This document shows, piece after piece, positions 1 through 11,773 of a DNA stretch of 64,000 bases. A program made the position numbers and the translations under genes. The notes beneath the pieces were generated by a model that was not told the origin of the DNA, did not search any database, and saw nothing but the letters and a program-made list of their open reading frames with translations. Each line of letters begins with the position of its first letter. Positions within the stretch are counted from its first letter, which is position 1. The DNA is from Botryllus schlosseri (Eukaryota): contig CM119381.1 in assembly GCA_051294905.1 (NCBI GenBank), forward strand, positions 17,732,001 through 17,796,000. The letters run 5' to 3'.

Positions 1-1223
1 TTAGGTTAGAATAAGATTACCTGCATTTTCTTCTAATTTAATCTAATGAGACAACTAGAATTAACTAGTCGTCCAAGTCTGCATCCGATCACGCGTGCAA
101 TCGTGCATCGATGCCATGATAATCTTGGTAAACATCCGATATCCATGACATAATGTGCTGGAAGTTTGTGGCGATTAGGAATATAACATAGCTGTGAAGC
201 GATTAGATTCATTTCATATGGCGAAAAAAACGCCTTGTACAGTTATCGAAATTTCAAGTTCAACCTTCCGAGGCCTTTTCCTTTACCGGCATTCTCAGGG
301 TATGGTATCGTACTGGTATGCTGATATGCGAGAGCTTGTTACATTAACGTCGCCTTCACTTTTTAACCATGATTGACCGACAATCTGAGTTACTTCTTCT
401 GGCAAGGTGGAAACAAACAAATCACTGTTTAACTACCTTTCTCTAGTACATGATTGTGTTCTTCGCAGATTTTCCTGAACTGAATAGAATTTACGCCCAT
501 TGTCGATCGTAACAATTGGAATCGGAAAATATAAGGATCGTCTGTGGTTCAAGTATTCCTACATAGCCAATCTATATGTCACTTCGACCTCGGGATTGAC
601 CAGCAAACCCCTATGCTCTTCTGAGTAACAACTTCGTATAGGTTGCTACAAGAGTGTTATATTGCTGAGGACGAATCAAATATGATCTTGGGCATGCAGC
701 AGACGTCGATCTCAGTCAAACGCATGAGATTTTGTTCGAGTGACCTATACAGATATAGCCTACATTATGTCTCTTGAAAAGGAATAAATCAAATTTCATT
801 TCTTTGTCAGAGACGTTTGTAGAGCCGTTACTTCTAATATTACGATTAAACTGTATTAAGAAGATTAAACGTTTCCAAATCTACACTAGTCGCAAAATCA
901 GATACAATAGGATACCCGCCATGTATGAATAACCAGAGATCAACTCATCCTACATTTTGCGATTCATCTTTACCGGATAACTGCAAATCACGCAGCGATA
1001 AATTACGAAATGAAATTCTCATCATTGCTAGCTGCAAACAAAGTTTGAGAATGTTTCATCTACATCCTATGAGCTACGAGTTAGCTGAGGACTGGTACAT
1101 TGTTGATATAATAACTATGTTTAAGCATGTTGTTATTTTGTGACCTCCGGTACAGATTGTCGCTAGTCAAAGAATATTGGAATCGCTTACGCGTACCAAA
1201 TCAAACGAAAAAGAAAAAGTAGT

Positions 1224-1416
1224 GGCGATGTCGTAGTGACATGATTCACAGCTGCAACACCAGGTTGCAGGTTGCAGGTTGGAGTCCGACCGAGGTCGAC
1301 TCCAGAATTCGTACCCACGTGTTGGAGGTTTATCTGAACTCCTACTCGCCATCTGACCCGCGCAAACGGCGCCTTAAAGATCCTAGAAGGGGGGCGCGCT
1401 GCATGTCGACGGATAC
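1224..1416 (+). mobile_element. tRNA-derived SINE (family A), degenerate copy, first of a tandem pair
   Basis: Degenerate B-box (GGTTGGAGTCC) followed by a body (GACCGAGGTCGAC...GAATTC...CTAGAAG) that aligns by eye with the copies at 1427 and 11528. Confidence 0.6.
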
Positions 1417-1426
1417 ATAATCGAGT

Positions 1427-1690
1427 GGCCAGATTGCGCAGTGGTATAATCCGCGGCCGAAACACCAATGGGTGCGAGGGTTCGAATCCGACCGAGGTCG
1501 ACATCAGAATTCCTATACCTAAGAGTAAGGGGTTTGTCTAGGTACCTCCTTCGCCACCTCACCCCGTGTAAACGGTGTCTTACAAAAAGCCTAGAAGTGG
1601 CCGTGCTATAATTCGGCAGATACGAGAAAATTGAAGAATATCGGCCTGGTGTAAATTACCATAGTAGTCGACTAACACCATGAATACCAC
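1427..1690 (+). mobile_element. tRNA-derived SINE (family A)
   Basis: A-box-like TTGCGCAGTGG and B-box GGTTCGAATCC, then a family body and the tail GGCCTGGTGTAAATTACCATAGTAGTCGACTAACACC, which is shared with 11528-11773 and 13154-13290. Confidence 0.7.
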
Positions 1691-2884
1691 AAATAAAGAA
1701 CAAAGGAAAGATACGTTATCAAAATAAAGAAAATCGGCCTCGTGTAAACGACCATTGTAATCGAAAAACATCATTAATACCGCAAACAACAAACGAAAAA
1801 CTCATTTGGTAAAACGTATATGCACAGCACATCCAATTTCGCGTTTCTTCACGAGGTGTAATATTTACCTCGGCCGGTCGCATTTGCAAGAACAGGACTA
1901 TCTGCGCCGGTCATTTTGGTACCAGAACATATAAATGTCAAAGGTTGCAGCCAACATGAGTCTGTCATCTTGGGCCTGGATTTCATCATTGTCGATCGTT
2001 CACTTCGTGGACTCGGATGTTGGCCAAAACTTGATATGTCTCGGTGTGACCTGACGCGGAGATGTCCGGCGGTACGCGATATCACTACGAATATAGCGTC
2101 CTCTAAAAATTGCTAATACAGCTATATTCAATTATCTTCATTTTGCGTAGTTTCATTTTATTTATTTTTTTCATCTATTTTTCTGGAGGAGTATCCACAT
2201 TAAAATAATGAAATCTATAGCAACACTAAGTTTCAAGTTGAATACATCCGCCCGAAAACTGCTCTAATTTCTTGTAATTAACGAATGTACGAAAAATTGG
2301 GGGGCGGTATGGCCCCTTTCGTCACCTCGAGGCTATAGGGCTATGATTGAATATAGTAGCACATGAACAACAGCATTAGCATAGTCATGCAAAATCGGGA
2401 AATTTCGTTTGCCTAATCACTCTAACTCTAACTCCGGTTGCGTGAGTGACGTCAATTTTGAAATTCGTGGTTAGCGCTATCAATGTTTGATGTATTACGG
2501 TGCGCACTATTCACGGCATTGTTTTCCTAGGGATTTACGTCAACTATTCCTTATTTCAATCCGTCTCTTATTATACTATTGACTTTCTACATTTCTAACC
2601 TGACGTATCCATTCAATTGGAAGGATATGAGGTGATTTGGGAAAATTTAACGCCAGTCATTCAAACATGAGACAGCAAATTACAACCTTCTTGGTCTTGT
2701 TTATTGAGAGTTGAATGGAAAAGAGAATAGCTCATTATATATACATTATACAATGACTACTCGAAATATGCACGATAGCATCCATTGAGAAGCAAGTAGC
2801 CTATACAGCCTATTCCTATCAGCGTCTCGGTCAGTGGACCCAAACCTTTCAGTTTGTGGCACATTACCAATTTATGAAACGCTT

Positions 2885-2995
2885 TTCGGACTTGACTCGG
2901 TCGTGAATTGAAAAGACGGCGACTTGACCCGAGTCAAAACCATGAATATATGAATAACTTGACTCGGAACCTTCGTGGCATGGTTACAACCCTGC
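2885..2995. mobile_element. hAT-like MITE fragment with GACTC/GAGTC subterminal repeats
   Basis: Repeated GACTTGACTCGG motifs; ends in TTACAACCCTG, the same terminus as at 49678 and 58286. Confidence 0.55.
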
Positions 2996-4213
2996 ATGCC
3001 ACTTCATAACCGCCCGATCATTAGTAACAGGGCCGAAGCCACACTATATCAAGGTTTTATCGTCACCGATCCTTGTGGCTACGCACTTCGCATAGAGTCG
3101 CATTTTCGCCGAGACTTCATATGTCTTCATGTGTTCTTGACCGGAAATGACCGGCGCCCGAAATGTTGGTGAATATTACTCCGGCACCAGTAGGTTGCAC
3201 ACACACAGACTAAAACATCCCAACCGCCTCCAAAGGCCTCAATCGATACAAGGAAAGAGTTGGATCAATTACAATATTTTAATTCAATTACAATTACAAT
3301 TACAATTACTTCCTCGCATGTTTCAATTACATCACAATTACAATTACTCAATGCTAAAAATATCAAATTACAATTACAATTACAATTACTGTTAAACATG
3401 TAATTTATTACAATTATAATTACAATTACAATTACTGTTAAACATGTAATTTATTACAATTATAATTACAATTACAATTACTTTTAAACAGGTATTTTAT
3501 TCAGTAAAGAGGTGTTCTTTGACAACCGTAGCGACGTAATTAGCAACAATCTCAAACTATTCATGTTTCCTTCCTGGTATGTAGAACTCCCTTTAATTAA
3601 AAAAACTCCAACGTATTTGAACTATTCCTAATCATGAGTACTGAAAACTACAAGCACAGAAAAATGTTTCAAGCGACTGTTAAGAACCAAAGGTTTGAGC
3701 GACTAACAGCGAATATAGGCTACAGGACAGTCAATGAAATGTAATCAAACGATTAGGCTACTCAGAGCTCAGTCAGGATAATGAAATGCAATTGGTAAGG
3801 CATCAGCGATAAGGATGATACCGATAATGTGCGTAAAATTAAAATAAATGCAGAAGGAAAAAATCTCCTAATAACTAAGAATTACAATATTTGGTTCGCA
3901 TTTACCTTTTCACTTGCTCCGAAACTGTTAGATTGCATTTGATGAACATTAGGGTGTGAAAAGTTTCTGGCCCCAGTAAATTAGGCCAAGATTGGAGGTA
4001 AGATTGGGATAACATCTCTACAAATGCGTGATCAAGTTTGATGAAGCCTTGGTTGGAAACTTGATTTTTATTTTGCTATTGTTGCAACAAGCCTCGGTAG
4101 TGGTCAGAGATTTAAAAAACTTTGACCGTGGTGTAGGAAATGGTTCAGCACAGGTTTCAGAAGAGTTTATTTGCTGTTCATCCATTTTTGAAATTTTAAA
4201 ATCTAGTTTAGCC

Positions 4214-4996
4214 CACTGGTTCTCAAACATTTTTAGACACGCCCCCTTCATGACAGTGAATATTTCGTGCCCCCCCCCCCCCCCTTATCGTCATAGCACG
4301 CAATGAAATCAGAGAGTTAGTAATCCTTACAAATAGTTTGATGGTATATGGAAGGTTATGACTATAGGGAAAGTTTTTGAAACTTTTTTTCACAGCTTCC
4401 GGCAGCTTCCTAAATACTCGGAAGATATGTAGAATGCTGTTTCAAGCCGTTTAAAGGAATCTTATAGCGCAACTTTTTGCAACTTTTGTCCATTTGTTTT
4501 CATGGAACTTTTTGCAGCATTTTCGATTTTTCATGAAAGTCTTTTCGATTTTGACGAAATAGGCGGCAAAATTCGACTGAAATAGCGTAAATCAGCACTG
4601 AAGGAACGCTCTTACGGGTATTTCGGGAGCTGAGCCGGAAAGTTGACCTTTTTTTTTAGTCAATCTGCGAAGTTGACCTTTTTTTTAGTCAACCGAGCAA
4701 AATGTGGTCTTTTAGTGCAACTTTTGTGAAAATGTAAATGCAACTTTTTACTGCAACTCTTGTCAAAAATAAATCCATCTTTCAACGGATTTAACTGCGA
4801 CAAAAACTTGCCCTAGTTTTGACTGTTGATGAGAGAATTCTCCAATACAAAATTTAGACTACACACCGAGCAATAACCATAAAACGGAGGTGAATCGGGC
4901 CGAGCGCGGAAAAGATTTCAGTTCACTGGAGCGTCGCGCCCCGTTCAGATGCTTTCACGCCGCCCAAGGGGGCACCCCCCAGTTTGAGAAACACTG
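4214..4996. mobile_element. hAT (Buster-type) MITE, family C
   Basis: TIR CACTGGTTCTCAAAC / GTTTGAGAAACACTG; perfect 8-bp TSD GTTTAGCC (4206-4213, 4997-5004). Other copies lie at 7991, 34266 and 61528. Confidence 0.85.
4365..4815. mobile_element. hAT MITE nested in family C copy (TAGGG termini)
   Basis: TIR TAGGGAAAGTTTTTG / CAAAAACTTGCCCTA; near-TSD GTTATGAC/GTTTTGAC; CAACTTTT repeats. A partial second copy lies at about 6650-6885. Confidence 0.7.
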
Positions 4997-5834
4997 GTTT
5001 AGCCTATATTGTAATTCACACCGTTTTCTGTTGCTATACTGAAGTATGGAAAACAGTTTAGCGTGACTGAATTATCCAGTTATAACGCAGCACGCATAGA
5101 ACACCGATGTAAATAGGCTAACTATTACATTTGGTGACTGTTTACTAAATCCTTAAGGCCCCTCGTCGTCATCCTGGTTCGTATCGGATTTTCACTGTTG
5201 CGACGATTAAATGATTGATTAAATGATTATTGTATGTTGTGATTGTCAGGTTTCGATGAAAATGTAATTGAGATTGTAATTGAGCAAAATTTTGATCAAA
5301 TTACAATTACAATTACAATTACATAAAATAGAAATGCTTCAATTACAATTACAATTAGAATTACATGCAAAAATGTAATTAATTACATTCAGCTCAATTA
5401 CAAATTACAATTGATCCCACTCTGAGAAATATACAGTTATCTTACAATTGCGAATACAATTTTATTTTTTTATTTTTTATTTATTTCAAGTTGAATAAAT
5501 CGCATCAAAGTATTATACAATTTAAATCCCGTGTATTCCTCACGAGCCAATGCCGCATTAAGACTAAGACAAATAGAGCATAGACCATTTAGACATACAT
5601 CAATTTCTATCGTCGTGACCCGTCGGTTGGAACAACAATTGTAGTGGTTTTTAATTCTATTCAATCGGTCAATCATTGTATATATCTGCCAATTCCATTG
5701 CGAATAAAGATGATGCTTCTGCTGCAGCAACAACAACAGCGGTAAAAGAGCAAAACTAATAACATGTTATTTGCACACAAAACGAGAAGATTGAATATTT
5801 GTTGCAAATCAGTGTGATTCTGCTTTTTCCTTTC

Positions 5835-6129
5835 AGGGCTGCTCGACATATGAGCATGTGGCACAATGGAAACGACAGTTGGGCAAGGGACACTTAAGCA
5901 TGCGTCACTTCACTTCACCGAGTGACTTTATAACCCCAAAACTAACCCTAACCCGAAACATAACCCTGAAATTAACCGCTATATATATCCTAACCCCAAG
6001 GCTTACCCTAACCCAAGCCTAAATTCAACCCTAACCCGTAATTTAACCCACATGCTCATGTGTCGCATGCCCAATTGTCGCATGTCGAAGTGTCGCATGC
6101 TATAATGTCGCATGTTCATATGAACACGG
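5835..6129. repeat. Short element with TAACCC-like and TGTCGCATG tandem motifs (possibly a Helentron-derived non-autonomous element)
   Basis: Degenerate CTAACCC units at 5930-6050, four TGTCGCATG units at 6060-6115, and a short inverted match CATATGAGCATG / CATGTTCATATG. The family assignment is inference only. Confidence 0.45.
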
Positions 6130-7473
6130 ACCTCTTTTCAGATACCACTTCAGAAACCAGAGGCTCTAACTAGGAAAGTGACACCGTATTGAAACAGATT
6201 TTCAATGAACATATCACGTCCAGCCTATCATTCCTATCCAACAGCTCATCTTGAAGTTCGTCTTTGATATAGCTAGATTAAGTCTATAAAAGAAAATGGA
6301 TTCCATGTATAGAGGTTTTAACCCCTTGACACATATTAGGAAACTAATTCGGGAATTTTTTATCGATCATTGTAAAGTATAAAGTAGATTAGAGATATAT
6401 TTGCCCAAATGGCCATAAAAATTAGGCAAGATATAGCCCCTGCATCACGGTACACAAATATATTTTCGCAAATTGTACCTATTTGTATATGGGGTCATTA
6501 GTTGTTCCGCATAAGTCACGAGGATGCATCTAGAGAGTGAGCTCGAAAGTAGCCACCTACGATACATTGCTGAGATTATGCAACCCTCTATCAGATCTAC
6601 TTTTCGAAACTCTCTACTTTAGCACTTCTCTGTACTTTCACTTGAAGTAGCAACTTTTTGCAACTTTCTTCATTTTTTCCATGCAACTTTTCGCAACTTT
6701 TTCGATTTTCATGAAACTTTTTCAACTCTTTTCGATTTTTTACGCAACTAACCTTTTACTGGAAATATTTGGCACTATATATGAATAGATCGCTTGATCA
6801 TTTCACTTTTCTTTTAAATTTGAGGTTTTTGTGAAAAAATAAGTGCAACTTTCTATGGATTTGGTTGCAACAAAAACTTGCGCTAGTTATTATTCATGTC
6901 GCAAGAACTATACCCTGATCTAGTCCAACCAGAAGTGGTCAGTAACGAAGTACTTCTGCCTTTTCAGAGTTCTCCAGATGGTCTTGCCTACTTGCACTAC
7001 TTACTCATGTGGTTATGATATTAGACCAGGGGTATCAAACATACGGTCCACGGCCCGCATCCGGCCTGTCAGACGATTTCATCCTGCCCGCGAAGCAATT
7101 ATGAGTAGATTGACATTGACAGTCAATTTCGAGAAGGAAAAATGAGCACACTGAGTTTAGGGTTTTATGGGAAAATGGAACAGAAAGTAGGAATTCACAT
7201 AAGCGAAACGACGTTATAGGCAGTTTGCATGGAGATTATATTTGGCACACAAAATAAATATTCGAATTTCTGGGTTTGCACTGCTGTGTCACTTCCGTCT
7301 CAAAGGGCCCACAGATTCCAGAGAAACCCCAAGAGCGATTTAATAAAATTTAAAAAAAATACATTCCAACTTCTGTGACAACGCATGCACCGACCAGATC
7401 ACGGCTAAAGAAATGTGAGCTTAGAAGCAGGTCAAGTGCCACTTTAATCGTCGTAAACGCCATTGTTTTAGAG

Positions 7474-8477
7474 CAGGGGTGGGCAAACTTTTGAGCTCGC
7501 GGGCCGCATTCAGAGGAAGGTCGGTTGTCCCGATTCTTGGAACAGGATTGAAATTTAAAACTGTGAGCAACGATCTGCTCATAGATTTACTAATTTCACT
7601 TTTGGTTCAGTTCCAGGACACACAATGCTCACAGAAACCAATATTTGGTCACTCTTCCAACGAAACCTGCACATGCAAACGGCATACATGTTAGCTTCAA
7701 ACACGCTTCTACTATGTCTAGATAAAATATAAATGCTCCGATTCTACGCATACAGAGAACGAATCTACCTAAGACACGCACGAATCGGTTTTTATAAGCA
7801 CATCACTGAAATAATTAAAACTGAAGTGGCCAATCTGAAATCCCACTCGTGATCCGAATTATGTCAATCTCGTTCAGGATTTCTGCGATGTTTAGCAGTT
7901 GAAACCTTTCAAACTGTGTGGGTCTTGAGATCGGGCTGTCGCGCCAAGAATTAACCATAAAAAAGAATATAGAAAGTATCTACCTTAGAACAGTGGTTCT
8001 CAAACTTTTTAAGACACGCCCGCCTCCATATGATGGTGAAAGATTTCGCGCCCTCTTACGCCATATTACAAAACGCAACCAGGTTGCTAACAAACCTAAC
8101 GGATAGTTTGATGGCATGGAAGGTTACGGCTATGAACGAAAGACTTTTAAATGAAATGAAATTCAGACTAAATACAGAGGAACAATTATGAAATTGTTGG
8201 TAAATCGCGCCGAGCGCAAAACATTTTTTCAGTTGAGCTCAGCTTTGCGCCCCACTTCCGATGCTTTCACGCCCCCCCCCCAGTTTGAGAACCACTGTCT
8301 TCGAATTATCATGGTGAAATAAACTAAGAAATAGTTTAATCAAGACCCTGCATTATTTCGAATTTTATTATTCATTTTATCAATATTAAAAAAAAAGCCT
8401 CTTTAGACTCTCGCGGGCCGCACAAAACAGTGTTGGGGCCCGCATGCGGCCCGCGGGCCATAGTTTGCCCACCCATG
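7474..8477. mobile_element. hAT (Buster-type) MITE, family B
   Basis: TIR CAGGGGTGGGCAAAC / GTTTGCCCACCCATG; TSD TTTTAGAG (7466-7473, 8478-8485). A second copy lies at 60774-62009. Confidence 0.85.
7991..8297. mobile_element. hAT MITE family C nested in family B
   Basis: TIR CAGTGGTTCTCAAAC / GTTTGAGAACCACTG; flanks CCTTAGAA / TCTTCGAA. Confidence 0.8.
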
Positions 8478-8485
8478 TTTTAGAG

Positions 8486-9566
8486 CAGCGGTTCTCAACC
8501 TTTTTTGACACGCGCCCCCCTTGGCGATGGTCAAAAAAATCGCGCGCCCCCTGACCCCCCTTACATTTATCGTCATGTCAAAAAGAGCACATCATCTAAT
8601 ATAGAGGTGGGCAAACTTCCTGCTAGTCATGGCTGCATTTTGATTACTTATGTAGCCTAAGGCCGCATTCCAGGGCATAGCCGCAATGAACGATCTGGAC
8701 GCAAAATACCTATGGTAAACTGTCCATATCCATTCCCGGTGAACTCCGGACTATTCTACTTTTCACAACGACCTATTGTACGCACCGAAATCGCGAGTGG
8801 CAATGTTATGAATAGTTGCTGGGAGTGCATATTGTCGCATATTCCCATTCCTGCTCCAATTAAGAAGGGCGCTACTGCATTAAAATTGAAAAATGAAGTT
8901 TTGTTGAATTGTGCGGAGCGCGAAGAAAATTTCAAGATTAAATAAAATCTCTCGAAAATTCGGGTGTGAATTCGTAATTGCAATTTGCATGTTTACGGCT
9001 GCCAACACATACTAATTGAATTAGGTGTCGACGGCCGCTCAATTCCCTTCTACGGCGTCATTGCTAATAGTGACTAAAGAGAGCACGGCGTCGTTCTGTC
9101 ATGCCATGCTAAATTTGATCAGTTTTGGAAATTAATTAAATTGTGTTGATTTATAGCCAAAGTGAGGGCGAAACCGGGCAACCTATATTGCATCTAAGTC
9201 TGTCTTAGGCAGTGCAGTTCGCCAGCTATCAACAACAGCTACCTAGCGCACAGAGATTTAGGCTACTGCCAAAGCTACAAAGTAATGAATGACTTGCACG
9301 TAGGAATTTCTCTAAATCTTCAAAGAATATCAAAATTTTGCTCAAATGAAGTTGAAGTCAGCCTATACTCCGTTGAGCACGACTGCTGGAGTTTGAGTTT
9401 GTCAAGCTTTCTAGAATACGAATTAAGTTTAATCTTCAATAATCGTATCTTCAGAATGGTTGTGAAACACATGTTTAGTCACAATTTATACAGACATTGA
9501 CAAAATTGACAAAAATTTCTTGCGCCACCCCTGAGAGCCTCCCGCGCCCCAGGTTGAGAGTCCCTG
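8486..9566 (+). mobile_element. hAT (Buster-type) element family A, copy 1
   Basis: TIR CAGCGGTTCTCAACC / GGTTGAGAGTCCCTG; flanks TTTTAGAG / TTTAGAG. It is the reverse complement of 10055-11390; the ORF-track translations at 9285 and 10127 are nearly identical. Confidence 0.85.
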
Positions 9567-10054
9567 TTTAGAGGTTCATAGACTGTATTCAAACAGCCAA
9601 GCATCGTATTTTTGCCTATTCCATGGTTCGCGAATAAAGGTGTTGCTGGTTCATAGAATAAAACCCACTATGATTCATGGTGCAATGTACGCCTTATCTA
9701 TACTATTGTGATAATTATAATTATATATATATATATGCATAGTAATAAAGTATTCAAGTGAAAAGATATAATGGAAACATCGACGGATCCGGCTCGCGAG
9801 CGATTTGAAGGTGTGAATCCGGCCCGCGACGCTATTTGAGTTTGACATCCCTTATTAGACTATACTTTTACTTCACAGTTTTCAATTTCTATGTAGACTA
9901 TAGGTTTAAATCATACTTACTTTTTGCGTACTTGGAAATCGCTGCTTGAGTAGAAATTCACGACGCTTCCTTTACTTCTACTTGATCCCCAATGATGACT
10001 ATACTTTGACCGCCTCTGACATCAGCAACGGCCGTTGATATATAGACTGTAGAG

Positions 10055-11390
10055 CAGGGGTTATCAACCCCCCTTGGGGGGCGTGGGAGCCTCTCAGGGA
10101 AGCGCGAGAAATTTTTGTCAATTTTTTCAATGTCTGTATAAATTGTGACTAAACATGTGTTTCACAACCATTCTGAAGAGACTATTATTGAAGATTAAAC
10201 TTAATTCGTATTCTAGAAAGCTTGCCAAGCTCAAACTCCAGCAGTCGCGCTCAGCGGAGTATAGGCTAACTTCAACTTCATTTGAGCAAATTTTTGATAT
10301 TATTTGAAGATTTAGATAAATTCCTGCGTGCAATTCATTCATTACTTTATAGCTTTGGCAGTAGCCTAAATCTCTGTGCGCTAGGTAGCTGTTGTTGATA
10401 GCTGGCGAACTGCACTGCCTAAGACAGACTTAGATGCAATACAGGTTGCCCGGTTTCGCCCTCAATTTGGCTATAAATCAACACAATATAATTCATTTCC
10501 AAAACTGATCAAATTTAGCATGGCAGGAAAGAACGACCCCTGCTCTCTGTAGTCACTACCATCATCAGGATTAGTCTCAGTGCAATCTAACTTGAAATTA
10601 ATTGATGTCCTTTTCAATGTTTTTTTGTTATTTTCAAACAAGTTTGGTAAGTTTGTCAGCAATGTAAAAGACTAAACAACTGGAATGCGAATTCAAAATT
10701 AGCGTAAGATATACTTTATGTATACTATCAGATCAGGGGTGAGCACTGAGCAGCCAGGACGGCCTCGTGCAACCGTAGAAGGGAATTTGTGCGGCCGTCG
10801 ACGCCTAATTCAATTAGTATGTGTTGGCAGCCGTAGACATGCAAATTGCAATTACGAACTCACTCCCGAATTTTCGATAGATTTTATTTATTCTTGAAAT
10901 TTTATTCGCGCTCCGCGCAATTCAACAAGACTTCATTTCTCGATTTTAATGCAGTAGCGCCCTTCTTAATTGGAGCAGGAATGGGAATCCTCAAGAAATA
11001 ACAATTCATTCGCGGCTCTGAAAAATGCTCGCGCTCGGCGCGACAATATGCACTCCCAGCATCTATTCATAACATTGCCACACGCGATTTCGGTGCGTGC
11101 AATAGGCCTTTGTGAAAAGTAGAATAGTCCGGAGTTCACCAGGAATGGATATGGACGGTTTACCATATGTATTTTGCGTCCAGATCGTTCATTGCGGCTC
11201 TGCCCTGGAATGCGACCTTAGGCTACATAAGTCATCGAAATGCGGCCATGATTAGCAAGAAGGTTTCCCACCTCTGTATTAGATGATGCGCTCTTTTTGA
11301 CATGACGATAAATGTGAGAGGGGTCAGGGGGCGCGATTTTTTTTACCATCGCCAAGGGGGGCGCGTATCAAAAAAGGTTGAGAACCGCTG
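10055..11390 (-). mobile_element. hAT (Buster-type) element family A, copy 2 (inverted, with an extra internal segment)
   Basis: TIR CAGGGGTTATCAACC / GGTTGAGAACCGCTG; perfect TSD CTGTAGAG (10047-10054, 11391-11398). Confidence 0.88.
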
Positions 11391-11527
11391 CTGTAGAGTG
11401 TATACCCATAGGGTGGAACCCAATTCTTCTCCTCAACTAAGTAATGCTCGAATGCGTATCTCCACTCAACCAAGTATCGATCAATACTCAACGTTGAGTG
11501 CGCGCCAATTCTCGCTGCTCGGTTGAG

Positions 11528-11773
11528 TACTACTATAGTCATTTACACCAGGCCAATATTCTCTATTTTTATTCCGTATAGATGCCGGCTGGTAGCACAG
11601 CCCACTTCTGGGCTTTTATAAGACACCGCTCACACGGCTGAGATGGCGAAGAGGAGCCTAGATAACCCTCCAACACTTAGGTAGGAATTCGGTAGTAGAC
11701 CTCGGTTGGACTCGACCCACAAATTATTGGTGTTGCAGCTGTGGATAATACCCCTGCGCTATCTCGCCTCGCC
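11528..11773 (-). mobile_element. tRNA-derived SINE (family A), near full length
   Basis: The reverse strand reads GGCGAGATAGCGCAGGGGTATTATCC...GGGTCGAGTCC (A/B boxes), then the same body and tail as 1427-1690. Confidence 0.7.

Larger units (their letters stand above)
3255..5424. mobile_element. Non-autonomous TIR element with (CAATTA)n subterminal arrays, containing nested elements
   Basis: Imperfect TIR AAGAGTTGGATCAATT / AATTGATCCCACTCTG; CAATTA arrays at about 3275-3490 and 5265-5415. No TSD is recognisable. Confidence 0.6.
7027..9852. mobile_element. hAT (Buster-type) element containing nested MITEs
   Basis: TIR CAGGGGTATCAAAC / GTTTGACATCCCT; perfect TSD TATTAGAC (7019-7026, 9853-9860). 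Confidence 0.85.
6930..10018. mobile_element. AT-rich hAT-like MITE (CAGAGGTGGTC termini, AGTAG/TACT-rich), split by nested insertions
   Basis: Left end CAGAAGTGGTCAGTAACGAAGTAC and right end TACTTCTACTTG...TTTGACCGCCTCTG match the two ends of the uninterrupted copy at 50396-50894. The TSD is not preserved. Confidence 0.6.

Noticed and set aside
1427-1500. tRNA genes at the SINE heads (also 55500-55575)
   Set aside because: A and B boxes are present, but there is no complete cloverleaf or T-run terminator, and each continues into a repeated SINE body.
3275-3490. CRISPR-like or coding array (ORF 3147-3395 with QLQL/YNYN)
   Set aside because: Simple (CAATTA)n subterminal repeats of a TIR element; no unique spacers; eukaryotic context.
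8712-11166. Duplicated small ORFs (77/66 aa and 71/71 aa) as a gene pair
   Set aside because: They lie within the two copies of a non-autonomous hAT element and have no recognisable domain.
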